This document shows positions 38,916-40,269 of a stretch of DNA of 40,269 nucleotides, one piece after another. The DNA is taken from positions 124,001 to 164,269 of the forward strand of contig JAMDHS010000049.1 in NCBI GenBank assembly GCA_029717555.1. Direction: 5' to 3'. Origin of the DNA: Peribolospora baueri. Taxonomy: Eukaryota. Each line of letters starts with the position of its first letter. Positions within the stretch are counted from its first letter, which is position 1. Below the pieces are notes generated by a model, which did not search any database, had not been told where the DNA came from, and saw nothing but the letters and a program-made list of their open reading frames with translations. A program made the translations under genes and the position numbers.

Positions 38916-40269
38916 GTTCGTTCGTTCGATTGCACCGACGAGCTTGGCACCCTAGTCGCTGTATGTACTGTACTCCGTGTACGATAACGATACCGCTCGC
39001 TCTCGCTCGCTCGACCGACCGACCGACGGCGGATCGATCGATCGATCATTTCGCTCCACCCTTTCGCCGTCCAGCCAGCTGCGTGCGCGATGCGACTTTG
39101 CACTTGGGGCATACGAAATATTGACGGCTCTGTCACGCAATTCTGACACGGACGGGGCCGGGGAGGGGTGAAGGAAGGGGAAGGGGGAAGGGGGGAAGGG
39201 GGGAGTGCGAAGGGGGATCTGACCTCCTGTCATACACATACGTCCTCCCTCCCTCCCTCCCTCTTTCCACGCCCCCTTCCCTTTCCAGGCAGGCTGGCAT
39301 GATATCATACGGCACGGAGCTTCTCCCTTCCCGGACATAATGAACGGACGGAGGGACGGAGGGACGGGTGGGCCAGTCGGCGTCGCACCGACGACAGTTT
39401 CGTTTCGTTCACCCGGCCGCCCGGCCGCCCGCGCACATCCTTTCCGACGTCCTTCCTTCTTCCCCCTTCCCTACCGTTCATCCCTCGCTTCGCCGCGCCG
39501 TCGCCATCCAAAAGTAAAGTTAGCAGCCACTCGGCGGCGCCGCTCGACGTCGCGTCATCATAACTAACATCCGCGCTCCCTCCTTTCATTCTATCGATTG
39601 GGACGAAACGAAAGCGAGAGAGCGAGAGACTTCCTTCTTTCCTATCTTCTTCTTCTTCTTCTTCGCCGCCAGACACGGGACGGGCATTTCCATTTATTAC
39701 TTCTTAGACTCCGTAGCGAGAGCGCGAGCGAACGAAGGAGGGAGAGACGACGTGGATCGATCGCTATTAGCTATGGACATCGGTATCGGTATCGAGATCG
39801 GGTCGAATGGAATGGATGAATGAACGGATGGGGACGAGGCCACGTCGGTCGCCTCGCCACCGCGCAATGAGACGCTCCGATCCGAGCGACGCTGCACGGC
39901 CAAGACGAGGACGGGCAAAAAGCGAAAAGCGGCGAGACGGATCGAGCGAGCGGACGGACAAGCGCGTGTATGTGCGACGAGGGTTCGGACGGGGGCCGGG
40001 GGGGGGGGGGGTTACGAGGTCATCGTGGACGGTATGCGACGAATGGACGGATGGGGGGTACAAGCACAAAACGACGAAGCGGCACAGGAGGACCGTAAGA
40101 GACCAGAGACGGGACGGGGGACGGACGGACGGAAGGACATACGGACGGGATTGCTAAGTACATGAGAGCGAAAAGACGCGGACGTTGGAGTACGCGCGCG
40201 CACAAGCGGACTGTAAAGGAGCCGACGAACGCGGGAGAGGGGGGGGGGGAGGGGGGGGGGGGGGGGGAG

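Noticed and set aside
38916..40269. ORFs and G-runs at the right end (telomere or gene)
   Set aside because: Simple-repeat-rich intergenic sequence; the poly-G runs are not TTAGGG-type repeats and may reflect low-quality contig-end sequence.

Overview
Eukaryotic, GC-rich, intron-containing DNA with many microsatellites. The GTGAGT/GTGCGT donors, CTGAC/CTAAC-type branch points and gene content point to a basidiomycete fungus (inference). Gene models were spliced by hand. Recognisable genes: aprataxin (HNT3-like), a Pumilio/PUF protein with the canonical UGUANAUA-type code, a frameshifted and 5'-decayed ATP sulfurylase (MET3/sC, probable pseudogene) and THO complex subunit 7. The standout is one ~1587-aa reading frame in which the mitochondrial RNA helicase SUV3 runs, with no stop, into a complete protoporphyrinogen oxidase (HEM14/PPOX). 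The linker ends in a presequence-like RSFHTS motif, so this is a candidate MPP-cleaved mitochondrial polyprotein. Also present: a >1297-codon intronless minus-strand ORF missing from the ORF track (it runs off the left edge), a 94-aa spliced single-TM microprotein, a 4-TM protein with a tandem-repeat tail, a ubiquitin/SUMO-like-domain protein overlapping an antisense ORF, and a multi-pass membrane protein. No rRNA, tRNA, CRISPR array or recognisable transposon was seen.
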